A stretch of DNA of 64,000 bases, from NCBI GenBank assembly GCA_046290465.1, contig JBKAGP010000001.1:1632001-1696000 (forward strand), written 5' to 3'. This document shows positions 1 to 9,453 of the stretch, in pieces. The DNA is from Planctomycetota bacterium (GTDB lineage Bacteria; Planctomycetota; UBA1135; UBA2386). The notes below the pieces were generated by a model that saw only the letters and a list, made by a program, of their open reading frames with translations, was not told the origin of the DNA and ran no database searches. Position 1 is the stretch's first letter, and each line of letters opens with the position of its first letter. The position numbers and the translations under genes are program-made.

Positions 1-1422
1 CCGCTGGGCCGCCGCCGAACTGCCGGCGCGCAGCTTGCGACGCAGGGTGGCGCGGTTCATGTCGAGCGCGCGCGCCAGCAGCGTCGGCTTGCCGCCGTAG
101 CGGGCCAGCAGCAACTGCAGCAGGTGCCGTTCGAGTTCGCCGTGCAGCGTCGCGTAGTCGACGTCGTCCTCGAGGCGCCGCTCGACCCACTCGTGCAGCG
201 CCGCGACCATGCGCCCTTCCTGGGCGCCCGCGTCGGCGCCGGCGCGGCGACGGATCGCGTCGGGCAGGTGCTCGGGCAGGATCAGCGGGCCGCCGCAGAC
301 GGCCATCGCGCGCTCGAGCGCGTTGCGCAGTTCGCGCACGTTGCCGGGCCAGTCGTGCGCCTCGAGCGCCGCCATCGCGCGGTCGGAGATCCGCAGCTCG
401 CGAGCGCCCGCGGCCCGCGACAGCAGGTAGGCGCTGAGCGTGCGCAGGTCGCTGCGGCGGTCGACCAGCGCCGGCATCGGCACTTCGAGCACCCGCAGGC
501 GGTACAGCAGGTCCTCGCGAAAGCGGCCCTCGGCGACGGCGTCGTCGAGGTCGACGTGGGTCGCGGCGACGATGCGCAGGTCGACGTACCGCTCGTCGCG
601 CGCGCCGATCGGCACGTAGACCTGGTCCTCGACCACGCGCAGCAGCTTGACCTGCAGTTCGAGCGGCAGTTCGCCGATCTCGTCCAGGAACAGCGTGCCG
701 CCCGAGGCGCGCTCGACGTAGCCGACGCGCTCGGTGTCGGCGCCGGTGAAGGCGCCCTTCTGGTGGCCGAACAGCTCGGACTCGAGCAGCGTCGGCGGCA
801 GGCTGCCGCACGACAGCGTCACGAACGGCCCCGCGTGGCGGGCGCTGTGGCGGTGCACGATCTCGGCGGTCAGCGACTTGCCGATGCCGGTCGGGCCGGT
901 GATCAGCACCGGCACGTCGGAGCTGCAGGCGTGCGCGATCGCCGCGAACGCCGGCTGCATCGACGGCGCCGAGCCGATCAGCACCGGCATGTGGCCGTCG
1001 TCGCCGGCCCGCTCCGCGACCTCGGCGGCCGCGCGCGTCGGCAGCTCCTCGGCCGCGCGCGCTTCGAGCAGCGAACGCATGGTGGTCGCGAGTTCGGCCA
1101 GGTCGAGCGGCTTGACCAGGTAGGCGGTCGCGCCGCGCTTCTTGGCCTCGACGGCGTTCTCGAGGCTGCCGTGCGCGGTCACGATCAGCACCGGCAGCGA
1201 CGCGTCGAGCTCGCGCACGGTGTGCAGCAGCTGCAGGCCGTTGAGGTCGGGCAGGCCGATGTCGAGCACCACCAGGTCGGGCCGGGCGCTGCGCAGCTCG
1301 CGCGCGCCCTTGGCTGCCGATGCCGCGGTGACCGTTCGGTAGCCGAGCCGGCGGCCCAGTTCGGCGATCGCGTGGGCGACGTTGGCCTCGTCCTCGACGA
1401 TCAGGATCGTCCCGGCGCTCAC
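1..1422 (-). CDS. Sigma-54-dependent response regulator (REC-AAA+-Fis HTH), 3' end runs off window
   Basis: Not in the ORF track. Manual translation from GTG at 1422 (GTGA overlap with the kinase stop) gives MSAGTILIVEDE..LVVLDIGLPD, Walker A GPTGIGKS, ELFGHQKGAFTGA and HTH LDMNRATLRRKL. Confidence 0.93.
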   Translation of the reverse strand, partial: MSAGTILIVEDEANVAHAIAELGRRLGYRTVTAASAAKGARELRSARPDLVVLDIGLPDLNGLQLLHTVRELDASLPVLIVTAHGSLENAVEAKKRGATAYLVKPLDLAELATTMRSLLEARAAEELPTRAAAEVAERAGDDGHMPVLIGSAPSMQPAFAAIAHACSSDVPVLITGPTGIGKSLTAEIVHRHSARHAGPFVTLSCGSLPPTLLESELFGHQKGAFTGADTERVGYVERASGGTLFLDEIGELPLELQVKLLRVVEDQVYVPIGARDERYVDLRIVAATHVDLDDAVAEGRFREDLLYRLRVLEVPMPALVDRRSDLRTLSAYLLSRAAGARELRISDRAMAALEAHDWPGNVRELRNALERAMAVCGGPLILPEHLPDAIRRRAGADAGAQEGRMVAALHEWVERRLEDDVDYATLHGELERHLLQLLLARYGGKPTLLARALDMNRATLRRKLRAGSSAAAQR

Positions 1423-2837
1423 GGCGCCACCTCTGCATTCTGCGTCATGTCTGGTCGGAGCTGCGCGCGCGGCAGGCGCACCGTCACCCTGCCGCCGGCG
1501 GCGTGGTTGGCGGCGGTCAGCTCGCCACCGTGCGCGACGACGACCTCGCGCGCAACCGCGAGCCCGATTCCCATGCCGCCCTCCTTCTCGCTGAAGAAGA
1601 ACTCGCCGAAGCGGCGCAGCGCCTCGTCGCTGAAGCCCGCGCCCGAGTCCTCGAACTCGAACACGACCTCGTCGCCGACACCGAGCGCGCGCACGGTCAG
1701 CTCGCCGCCCTCGGGCATCGCCTGCACGGCGTTGACGATCAGGTTGTCGAGCACGTGCCCGATGCGGTCGCGGTCGCAGGTGACGACCAGGTCGCCGCGG
1801 CGTTCGTGGACGACGCGCACGTCGGCGTGCTGGCAGCGGCCATCGTTGGCCAGCAGCACCTCGTCGAGCAGCAGGCCGAGGTCGGCGCTGCGGCGCGCCG
1901 GCGGCTCGGGCCGGGTCAGGTACATCCACTGGTTGAGCATGCGCTCGATGCGCGCGGCCTCGGCCAGCACCACGTCGGCCGGGCCGGGGTCGGCGGCGTC
2001 GCCGCGCCACAGCTGCGCGTGCATCTTGATCGCGGCGACCGGGTTGTGGACCTGGTGTGCGAGCGAAGCGGTCATGCGCCCGAGCACCGCCAGCTTCTCG
2101 GCCTCGATGCGCCGGGCGCGCTCGCGCTGCAGGCCCTCGCGGGTGTCGACCAGGGCGCGCGCGACGTCGCCGATCTCGTCACGACGCCCGGCCTCGGGCA
2201 GCTGCAGCGGCTCGGCGGCCTCGATGCGCGGCAGCTGCGCGGCGAGGTTACGCAGCGGCCGCACCAGCCCGCGCAGCACCAGCACCGCGATCAGCAGGCC
2301 GACCGACCAGGCGCCGATCAAGACCGGCACGATGCGCGAGTCCCAGACCGTATCGGCGACGCGGCGGACCAGCAGCAGGTCGCCGCGGGCCAGCGGCCGG
2401 GCGACCACCTCGAGCTGTTCGTCGAGTGCGTGCACGTCGCCGTCCGCGGGAACCGCGCGCAGCCGCGGCGCACCGACGTCGTCCGGCGGGGTCGGCACGA
2501 TCCGTTCGCCGACGCGGAAGTGCACGTCGAAGTTCGAGACCCGACGCAGGTCTTGCGCCAGCTTCTCCGACAGCGGCAGGCTCGCCTGCTCGACGAACGC
2601 GGCGTGCGCCGTCGCGAGCCGCACCATGCGTTCGCGTTCTTCGGCGGCCAACTGCGAACGCAGGGCGACTGCGATCGCGACGGTCACGATCAGCATCAGC
2701 AGCAGCCACGGCACACCGATGCGCCAGTACAGGCCGGTGCCACGGCCGCGCACGTGGGCGGCGGGATCGGGAGACCGGGACGGACGGTCGGAAGACTCGG
2801 AGGAGCGGTCGCGCGGCAAGGCTGACGAAGGGATCAC
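1419..2837 (-). CDS. Membrane sensor histidine kinase (2 TM, HAMP, HisKA, HATPase)
   Basis: H-box LAHQVHNP, N-box NLIVNAVQA, DSGAGF, GMGIGL. Start uncertain (GTG 2837 or 2753). Confidence 0.92.
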   Translation of the reverse strand: MIPSSALPRDRSSESSDRPSRSPDPAAHVRGRGTGLYWRIGVPWLLLMLIVTVAIAVALRSQLAAEERERMVRLATAHAAFVEQASLPLSEKLAQDLRRVSNFDVHFRVGERIVPTPPDDVGAPRLRAVPADGDVHALDEQLEVVARPLARGDLLLVRRVADTVWDSRIVPVLIGAWSVGLLIAVLVLRGLVRPLRNLAAQLPRIEAAEPLQLPEAGRRDEIGDVARALVDTREGLQRERARRIEAEKLAVLGRMTASLAHQVHNPVAAIKMHAQLWRGDAADPGPADVVLAEAARIERMLNQWMYLTRPEPPARRSADLGLLLDEVLLANDGRCQHADVRVVHERRGDLVVTCDRDRIGHVLDNLIVNAVQAMPEGGELTVRALGVGDEVVFEFEDSGAGFSDEALRRFGEFFFSEKEGGMGIGLAVAREVVVAHGGELTAANHAAGGRVTVRLPRAQLRPDMTQNAEVAP

Positions 2838-2988
2838 AACGGCGGCGGTCGGCGGTCGGTTCGCCTGCAAACGGGTCCGCTGCAGTATCCCCACTCGCGG
2901 ACGATTGGTGACCCGTCGAGGCGGACGAATGGACAGCGATGGCCCACCGCTGCGGGCGGGCGGCGGCCGCGCCCCGGGGAGCCGCGAT

Positions 2989-3004
2989 CGGCACGGCGAT
3001 TGCC
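2989..3004 (+). promoter_or_regulatory. Putative sigma-54 (-24/-12) promoter
   Basis: CGGCAC-GGCGA-TTGC: GG 2990-91, N10, GC 3002-03, upstream of the 3124 gene. Confidence 0.65.
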
Positions 3005-3045
3005 GCAAAGGCCGTGACCCCTGCGATGCCGCGCGGCCTGCTGCC

Positions 3046-3060
3046 AGGCACGGCAGCTGC
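3046..3060 (+). promoter_or_regulatory. Second putative sigma-54 promoter
   Basis: AGGCAC-GGCAG-CTGC: GG 3047-48, N10, GC 3059-60. Confidence 0.5.
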
Positions 3061-3123
3061 GCCGGCGTGCCGGCCGGCCCCTGAGCGAGCTGCCGCATCC
3101 CGATTCCGAAGCAGACCGATCCG

Positions 3124-4347
3124 ATGACCCGACCCACCACCGTCCTTTGGCCCCAACCGGCATCTCTGCTGGCTTCTCTGCTGGCACCCCTGCTGGCACC
3201 CCTGCTGGCCACGCTCGCCGCGACCACGACCGGCCTCGCCCAGGACCAGCCGGCCTGGTCGAAGGCCCAACAGAAGGGCCTCGAGTTCCTCGCCACCAAG
3301 CAGAAGGACGGCGTGTTCTCGGTGCAGACGCGGCGCGGCGCGTTCCCCGACCCGGGCTTCACGTCGCTGGCGATCGCTGCGCTGCAGAGCAAGCCGAAGT
3401 CGCTGCGCAGCGAGGCCGAACAGGCGATCATCGACGGCGGCCTGCGCTGGGTGCTGAAGAACCAGAACGACGACGGCTCGTTCGGTCGCAACGTGCCCAA
3501 CTACACCACCTGTGCGGCGGTGATGGCGCTGTCGCGCTGGCACGACCAGGAGGCGGCGGCGGACGCGCTGAAGAAGGCGCAGAAGTACGTGCTGATGATC
3601 CAGAAGTGCGAGCAGAACGGCACCGAGCGTTCGGACGCCGAGTACGGCGGCGTCGGCTACGGCAGCAAGGGCGAGCGCAGCGACCTGAGCAACATGCAGT
3701 TTGCGATGAACGCGCTGCGGCAGACCGGCCTCGAGGTCGATCACGAGGCGTTCCAGCGCGCGGTGGTGTTCTTGCAGCGGCTGCAGAACCGCAAGCAGAG
3801 CAACGACCTCGACGGCAAGCTGAAGGTGTCGACCGCCGAGCAGGAGACCGGCACCATGAACGTCGGCGACGACGGCGGCGCGGTCTGCTATCCCGGCGAG
3901 TCGCCGGCCGGCTACGTCGTGCACCCCGATGGCAGCGCCACCCCGCGCAGCTACGGCTCGATGACCTACGCGCTGCTCAAGACCTACACGTTGTGCGGCG
4001 TCGACCAGAAGGACCCGCGGGTGCAGGCCGCCGTGAAGTGGATCGGCGAGAACTGGACCGTCACCGAGAACCCCGGCGCCGACCCGCGCCTCGGCGACAA
4101 GGCGCGCTACCAGGGCCTGTTCTACTACTACATGCTGATGGCGCAGGCGCTCGACACCGTCGGCATCGACGAGCTCGCGGCCGGCAAGGACCGGAAGGTC
4201 CGCTGGCGCGCCGAACTGAAGCAGCAGGTCGAGTCGATCCAGCGCGACGACGGCTCGTGGCTCAACGCCAAGAACTCGCGCTGGTACGAAGGCCTCGACA
4301 TCCTCTGCACCTGCTACGCGCTGCTCGCCCTCGAGCACTGCAGCTGA
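3124..4347 (+). CDS. Exported prenyltransferase/squalene-oxidase-repeat (terpene-cyclase-like alpha-alpha barrel) protein
   Basis: Signal peptide; QW-like repeats (KQKDGVF, NQNDDGSF, IQRDDGSW), SDLSNMQFA, YGSMTYA, LFYYY. Confidence 0.8.
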   Translation: MTRPTTVLWPQPASLLASLLAPLLAPLLATLAATTTGLAQDQPAWSKAQQKGLEFLATKQKDGVFSVQTRRGAFPDPGFTSLAIAALQSKPKSLRSEAEQAIIDGGLRWVLKNQNDDGSFGRNVPNYTTCAAVMALSRWHDQEAAADALKKAQKYVLMIQKCEQNGTERSDAEYGGVGYGSKGERSDLSNMQFAMNALRQTGLEVDHEAFQRAVVFLQRLQNRKQSNDLDGKLKVSTAEQETGTMNVGDDGGAVCYPGESPAGYVVHPDGSATPRSYGSMTYALLKTYTLCGVDQKDPRVQAAVKWIGENWTVTENPGADPRLGDKARYQGLFYYYMLMAQALDTVGIDELAAGKDRKVRWRAELKQQVESIQRDDGSWLNAKNSRWYEGLDILCTCYALLALEHCS

Positions 4348-4368
4348 CCCGCAGCGCGACCGCACCGA

Positions 4369-4417
4369 CCGGTTCAGTGCACTTCCGCCTCCGGCGGAAG
4401 TGCGCAACTTGAACCGG
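4369..4417. terminator. Long inverted repeat between convergent genes (probable terminator/REP-like hairpin)
   Basis: CCGGTTCA..GCACTTCCGCC-TCC-GGCGGAAGTGC..TGAACCGG. Confidence 0.5.
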
Positions 4418-4490
4418 GTTCGGTATGCGGCGGTTCGCGCACGGCCCCGTTCGGCAGCTGGCACCTCCCACCCGGCGGCTCGGTCACCCA

Positions 4491-4570
4491 GCGCCGCGGG
4501 CAGCCCGCACCACGGTCACCCCGCACTACGGCCAGACAGCACCACGGCCAGCCAGCACGACGGTCAGCCC
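4491..4570. repeat. Degenerate 16-bp tandem repeat x5 (GCACyACGGyCAsmC-like)
   Basis: Units begin at 4491, 4507, 4523, 4539 and 4555. Confidence 0.6.
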
Positions 4571-4583
4571 GCGACCCGGCCCG

Positions 4584-5663
4584 CTACTGCTTGCTCTGCC
4601 ACCAGGCGAGCCAGCCGTCGCGGTCGCCGACGGCGATCTTGACGCCGGCGATCTGGTGCAGGGCGGCCATCGCGACCTGGGCCTGGTCGGCGCGGCCGAA
4701 GCGCACTTGGTCGATCAGCAGCGAGCAGGCCTCGCGGCGCTTCGACGATGGCACCAGCAGCGCGCTCAGGTAGGCGCTGGCGAAGTTCTTCGGGGTGAAG
4801 TCCTCGAGCGCGGCCTTCAGGCCGGCGATCGGCTGGGCGGCGAGGATCTCGTGGCCCTTCGGCCACTGCGTGTAGCTGACCGCGCCGGCGGTCACGCGCT
4901 GCACCGGCGCGCGCATTTCGTCGAACGTCACGTAGCCCGGCATCAGGTCGACGCGGACCAGCACCGAACGGCGCACCGCGTCGCCGACGTCGGCGCCGAT
5001 CTCGATCGGCAGGCGCAGCGCCCGGGTGCCGCTGAGCTCGAACGGCTCGGGCAGCCACAGGAACTCCTTGGTCTGCGACAGACGCGAGCTGCCGTCGACA
5101 TACTCGTCGTCGATGGTCACCGCGACCGAGAACCCGATCGGGTCGCGCTGGCCGAGCGCGCCGAGCCGCACCGGTGCGGCCATCGCCGGCACCTCGAGTT
5201 CGAGCCGCAGCGGCTCCCCGAGCACCGGCGTAGTCGGCTCGTCCTGGCCCTCCGGCACGTCGCCGGTCAGCCGCAGCGAGCCCTTCTGCTGCACGTGGTG
5301 CGTGAAGCCGATGCCGCGCGCGATCGCGCGGTAGCCCTCGAGGTGCTGCTTGAAGGCGTCGGGCACGCTCGGGCGGTCGTAGCTGTCGACGAGGCTGTCG
5401 AGCAGGGCGACGTCGCCGTCGTCGGCCGCGTCCTGCAGGCGGCGCAGAATGCCGCTGTAGAACTCGACCAGCACCCGGTTGTTGCCGCCGCCCAGCTCCG
5501 GCAGCGGGATCGCGACCGGCTGGGCGAACGACAGGCTCTCGACGTCGTTCTCCGGGTCGACCGGCTCGTACGTCGTGACGCAGGCGGCGAGCGACGACAG
5601 CAGCAGCGCGGCGGGCCAGGCCCGCCGCGAACGACCGCGCGTCGTCGTCGCCGGGCGAAGCAT
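4584..5663 (-). CDS. Hypothetical lipoprotein
   Basis: ATG overlaps the rpsA stop (TAATG); lipobox LSSLAAC; GC3-rich codons. Confidence 0.8.
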   Translation of the reverse strand: MLRPATTTRGRSRRAWPAALLLSSLAACVTTYEPVDPENDVESLSFAQPVAIPLPELGGGNNRVLVEFYSGILRRLQDAADDGDVALLDSLVDSYDRPSVPDAFKQHLEGYRAIARGIGFTHHVQQKGSLRLTGDVPEGQDEPTTPVLGEPLRLELEVPAMAAPVRLGALGQRDPIGFSVAVTIDDEYVDGSSRLSQTKEFLWLPEPFELSGTRALRLPIEIGADVGDAVRRSVLVRVDLMPGYVTFDEMRAPVQRVTAGAVSYTQWPKGHEILAAQPIAGLKAALEDFTPKNFASAYLSALLVPSSKRREACSLLIDQVRFGRADQAQVAMAALHQIAGVKIAVGDRDGWLAWWQSKQ

Positions 5664-7468
5664 TACTCTTCGCCCTTCTCGTCGTCCTTCTCGGCGGCTT
5701 CGCGCTCGCTGACGCGCTGGCCGATACCCTTGAGCTGGTCGGCGAGCGAACCCAGCGCCGGGTGCGCCGGCTCCGGCGTCGGCTCCGGCGCGGGGGCCGC
5801 TTCCGCGCCCTCTTCGCCTTCCTCGAAGTGCGCCTGGATCAGCGTCAGGCCGATCTTCCGCTCGTCGGTGTCGATCTTGATGATGCGGACCTCGACGCGC
5901 TGGCCGACCTTGACCACGTCCTCCGGGTTCTCGACCTTGTGGTCCGCCAGCTCCGAGATGTGCAGCAGACCCTCGAGGCCCTGCTCCAGCTCGACGAAGA
6001 CGCCGAAGTTGGTGATCTTGGTGACCGTGCCGGGCACCGAGTCGCCGATGTGGTAGCGAGCCGGGATGTCGCCGCTCCACGGGTCGGCCTGCAGTTGCTT
6101 GAGGCCGAGCGCGATGCGCTTCTTCTCCTGGTCGACCGAGAGCACCACGCACTCGATCTCGTCGCCCTTCTTCACCACCTCGTTCGGGTTGGTGATCTTG
6201 CGGGTCCACGACATGTCCGTGATGTGCAGCAGGCCGTCGATGCCTTCCTGCAGCTCGATGAACGCGCCGTAGTTGGTCAGGTTGCGCACCTTGCCGCGGA
6301 TGACCGTGCCCGGCGGGTAGTTCTCCGCCACCATGTCCCACGGGTTGACCTCGGTCTGCTTCATGCCGAGCGAGATCGTCTGCTTCTCGGTGTCGATCTC
6401 GAGCACGACGACCTCGACCTGGTCGCCCTGCTTGACGACCTCGTTCGGGTGGTTGACGCGCTTGGTCCACGACATCTCGGAGATGTGCACCAGGCCTTCG
6501 ACGCCGTCCTCGAGCTTGACGAACGCGCCGTAGCTCATCAGGTTGACGACCTCGCCGTTGATGCGCTGACCGATCGGGTACTTCTCGGTGATGTTGTCCC
6601 ACGGCGAAGCAGTCTTCTGCTTCATGCCGAGCGCGATGCGCTCACGCTCGCGGTCGATCTTGAGGACCTTGACCTCGACCTCGTCGTCGAGCTTGACCAT
6701 CTCCGACGGGTGGTTGACGCGGCCCCACGACATGTCCGTGATGTGCAGCAGACCGTCGATGCCGCCGAGGTCGACGAACACGCCGAAGTCGGCGATGTTC
6801 TTGACCACGCCGGTGCGGACCTGGCCTTCCTCGAGCTCCTTGAGCAGGGCTTCCTTCTTCGCCTCGCGCTCCTCTTCGATCAGCTTGCGGCGCGAGATGA
6901 CGATGTTCATCCGCTCCTCGTCGATCTTGATGATGCGCGCCTCGATCTCCTTGCCGATCCAGTCGCCGATGTCGCCCGCACGGCGAATGTTGACCTGCGA
7001 CGCCGGCAGGAACACCGGCACGCCGATGTCGACCAGCAGGCCGCCCTTGATCTTGCGCAGCGCCAGACCCTTGACGGTGTCGCCTTCGCTGTGGGTCTGG
7101 ATGATGTTCTCCCAGCCCCGGATGCGGTCGGCCTTCCGCTTGCTCAGCAGGATGTAGCCTTCGGCGTCGTTGATCGCCTCGACGAGGCACTCGACCTCGG
7201 CGCCCGGCTGGACCTCCAGCGGGTCGGGGAACTCGTCGATCGAGATCTGGCCTTCGGCCTTGTAGCTGACGTCGACGACGACGGTGCCGTCTTCCTGCAC
7301 CTTGATCACCTTGCCGCGCACGATCTTGTGCGGCGTCAGCTCGGCGACGGTCTTGCCGATGGCGGTGTCGATCTCGTCCAGCGTGGTGGAACCGAGAGCT
7401 TCGGTGGTGAGCCGCGACAACTCGTCGTCGGGCAGGGCGAACTTCTTGATCAGGCTCTTGCCGGTCAT
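5663..7468 (-). CDS. rpsA: 30S ribosomal protein bS1
   Basis: Six S1 repeats (FGVFVDLGGIDGLLHITDMSW etc.). Confidence 0.98.
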   Translation of the reverse strand: MTGKSLIKKFALPDDELSRLTTEALGSTTLDEIDTAIGKTVAELTPHKIVRGKVIKVQEDGTVVVDVSYKAEGQISIDEFPDPLEVQPGAEVECLVEAINDAEGYILLSKRKADRIRGWENIIQTHSEGDTVKGLALRKIKGGLLVDIGVPVFLPASQVNIRRAGDIGDWIGKEIEARIIKIDEERMNIVISRRKLIEEEREAKKEALLKELEEGQVRTGVVKNIADFGVFVDLGGIDGLLHITDMSWGRVNHPSEMVKLDDEVEVKVLKIDRERERIALGMKQKTASPWDNITEKYPIGQRINGEVVNLMSYGAFVKLEDGVEGLVHISEMSWTKRVNHPNEVVKQGDQVEVVVLEIDTEKQTISLGMKQTEVNPWDMVAENYPPGTVIRGKVRNLTNYGAFIELQEGIDGLLHITDMSWTRKITNPNEVVKKGDEIECVVLSVDQEKKRIALGLKQLQADPWSGDIPARYHIGDSVPGTVTKITNFGVFVELEQGLEGLLHISELADHKVENPEDVVKVGQRVEVRIIKIDTDERKIGLTLIQAHFEEGEEGAEAAPAPEPTPEPAHPALGSLADQLKGIGQRVSEREAAEKDDEKGEE

Positions 7469-7471
7469 CAA

Positions 7472-7645
7472 AGAATCGGGGTTAGGAGTGAGATTGAAAC
7501 GGGGAACGAATCAATGAGGAACGAAGTGCCGCGCAGCGAACCTGCTGCACGACGATCACATTCCGGCGAACGGACCATCCGGCCGCCGGTCGCCCCCGAA
7601 GGGGCCGGTCGCCCCCGAAGGGACAATGCCCCTCAAGGGGGCCGA
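7472..7645 (-). promoter_or_regulatory. Structured rpsA 5' leader with three tandem hairpins
   Basis: CCCC-UUGA-GGGG, GUCCC-UUCG-GGGGC, GCCCC-UUCG-GGGGC; U/C-rich region without SD before the start. Confidence 0.5.
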
Positions 7646-7662
7646 GCTGTCTCGGGAACGGC

Positions 7663-8502
7663 TCACGCCTTTCCGTCGACGGGTTGCGAACGCGTCGGCG
7701 GGGCCGACGTGGACGCGTTGGGTTGTGATTTCGCGGGTTGTGATTTCGCGGGTTGTGATTTCGCGGGTTGCGATTTCGCGGGTTGCGATTTCGAACTGGT
7801 TGGATCGACCGTGCCGGCCGGAGAACTGGAGGCGTCGGCGTCCGTAGGCCCGGCGTCACCGAGCTCACAGCGCGCGAGTTCGGCGACCCGCCGCCGCAGC
7901 GCCTCGACGCCGCCTTCGGCCAGCACCTGCTCGGGCGTCCACGGCTCGCCGACGCGCACCGTGATCTTGGTCGGCCGCGGGAACCAGGCCTTGCGCGGGT
8001 AGGCGCGGAACGAGCCGTCGATGCCGATCGGCACGACCGTCGCCTTCGACCGTCTCACCAGGAACTGGACGCCGCTCTTGAACGGCATCACGCGACCGTC
8101 GGGGCTGCGCGTTCCTTCGGGGAAGATGCCGACGACCTCGCCCGCCTTGAGGCAGTTGCCGATCAGCCGCATGGCCTCCTTCGACGGCGCGTCGCGGTCG
8201 ATCAGCGTGACGCCGACCTGCCGCAGCCACCAGCGCAGCGGCGCGAACGAGGCCAGCCCCGCCTGCGCCAGGAAGTTGACCGGGCGGCGCGCGGAGCTGC
8301 CGACCAGCGGCGGGTCGAGGTAGCTGCAGTGGTTGGCGACCAGCAGCACCGGCCCCTCCGAGGGGATGTGCTCGCTGCCGCCGCGGCCGACGCGGAACCA
8401 CAGCTTGCAGAGCACCTGCACGGCCCACTTCGACACCGTGTACCAGAAGGCACTGCGCTGCACCATCTGCGGTCGATCCGACTTCTTGTGGGCGTCGCTC
8501 AC
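7663..8502 (-). CDS. plsC: 1-acyl-sn-glycerol-3-phosphate (lysophospholipid) acyltransferase
   Basis: NHCSYLD and FPEGTRS motifs; GTG overlaps the cmk stop. Confidence 0.9.
   Translation of the reverse strand: MSDAHKKSDRPQMVQRSAFWYTVSKWAVQVLCKLWFRVGRGGSEHIPSEGPVLLVANHCSYLDPPLVGSSARRPVNFLAQAGLASFAPLRWWLRQVGVTLIDRDAPSKEAMRLIGNCLKAGEVVGIFPEGTRSPDGRVMPFKSGVQFLVRRSKATVVPIGIDGSFRAYPRKAWFPRPTKITVRVGEPWTPEQVLAEGGVEALRRRVAELARCELGDAGPTDADASSSPAGTVDPTSSKSQPAKSQPAKSQPAKSQPAKSQPNASTSAPPTRSQPVDGKA
7720..7793. repeat. 15-bp tandem repeat x5 encoding (KSQPA)n in the PlsC tail
   Basis: GGGTTGyGATTTCGC units. Confidence 0.9.
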
Positions 8503-9221
8503 AGCGCCTCCCGCCCGGCGCCGCGCACGTAGTCCATCAGTTGCTGGATCACGGTGGCGGTCGTCATGCCGGTGGTGTCGATGTAGAGCGCGTCGTCGGC
8601 CCGCTTCAGCGGCGCGTCCGAACGCGTCGAGTCGAGCCGGTCGCGCACCAGGATCTCCTGCAGCACGTCCTGCTCGCTGACCTCGCGACCCTGCCGGGCA
8701 AAGTCTTGGCAGCGACGGCGCGCACGTTCGCTCGGCGCGGCGTCGAGGTAGACCTTCCACCGCGCGCGCGGGAACACCACCGAGCCCATGTCGCGGCCTT
8801 CGGCGACGACCGGCCCCTGCCTCGCGACCTGCCGCTGCAGTTCGCCCATGCGCGCGCGCACGAACGGCAGCGCGGACACGGCCGAGACCTGCGACTCGAC
8901 CTCGCGCGTGCGCAGGTGCGACGTCACGTCGCGACCGTTGAGCAGCACCTTGCCTTGCTGCAGCTGCAGTTCGGCACCGCGCAGCGCGTCGCGCATGCGG
9001 CCATGGCCCTGGTCCGGCTCACCGGCACACTCGGACGGCGCGGAGCCGAGTTCGAGGAAGTGCCACGTGATCGCGCGATACATCGCGCCGGTGTCCAGGA
9101 AGGCGTAGCCCAGGCGCTCGGCGAGCAGCCGCGCGATCGTGCTCTTGCCGGCTCCCGACGGCCCGTCGATCGCGACGACATCGGTCGGAGCGTTCGCAGG
9201 GAGATCGTCGGTGGCGGCCAA
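8499..9221 (-). CDS. cmk: Cytidylate kinase
   Basis: AIDGPSGAGKST, LDTGAMYRA, EGRDMGSVVFP; start (TTG 9221) estimated. Confidence 0.95.
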   Translation of the reverse strand: MAATDDLPANAPTDVVAIDGPSGAGKSTIARLLAERLGYAFLDTGAMYRAITWHFLELGSAPSECAGEPDQGHGRMRDALRGAELQLQQGKVLLNGRDVTSHLRTREVESQVSAVSALPFVRARMGELQRQVARQGPVVAEGRDMGSVVFPRARWKVYLDAAPSERARRRCQDFARQGREVSEQDVLQEILVRDRLDSTRSDAPLKRADDALYIDTTGMTTATVIQQLMDYVRGAGREAL

Positions 9222-9398
9222 AGCGGGACGGCGGGAAGGAGGCGGCGGGAAGGAGCGGTTGGGGAGAGCTTGTGGAGTGCCAGCAGAGCTGGCGTCTTGG
9301 TATGTCGATCCGGATTGGCAAAGAGCGGCCCGGACAGGCCGCAGGCGCACGTCCGGAACCGGCGCGCAGGCGCACACCGGCGAAAATTCGGGCCGCGC

Positions 9399-9428
9399 AG
9401 TGTAGCGACCCACCGGCCCGGGTGGCAA
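9399..9428 (-). promoter_or_regulatory. Putative sigma-70 promoter of cmk-plsC-rpsA
   Basis: TTGCCA-N18-TACACT on the minus strand. Confidence 0.55.
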
Positions 9429-9453
9429 TGCGGAAAGAGGCATTCACCCAGGC

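Noticed and set aside
124..3084. 986-aa plus-strand ORF and the many other long antisense/alternate-frame ORFs (e.g. 36769-40677, 40939-44829, 5762-8002)
   Set aside because: Shadow ORFs of GC-rich genes; no domain motifs, and they overlap well-supported genes
4491..4570. Possible CRISPR array (also 7720-7793 and 10255-10325)
   Set aside because: Contiguous 15-17 bp tandem units without spacers; no cas genes
9267..9283. TGGCAC-TCCAC-AAGC sigma-54-like site upstream of cmk
   Set aside because: Poor -12 element and a better sigma-70 promoter is present
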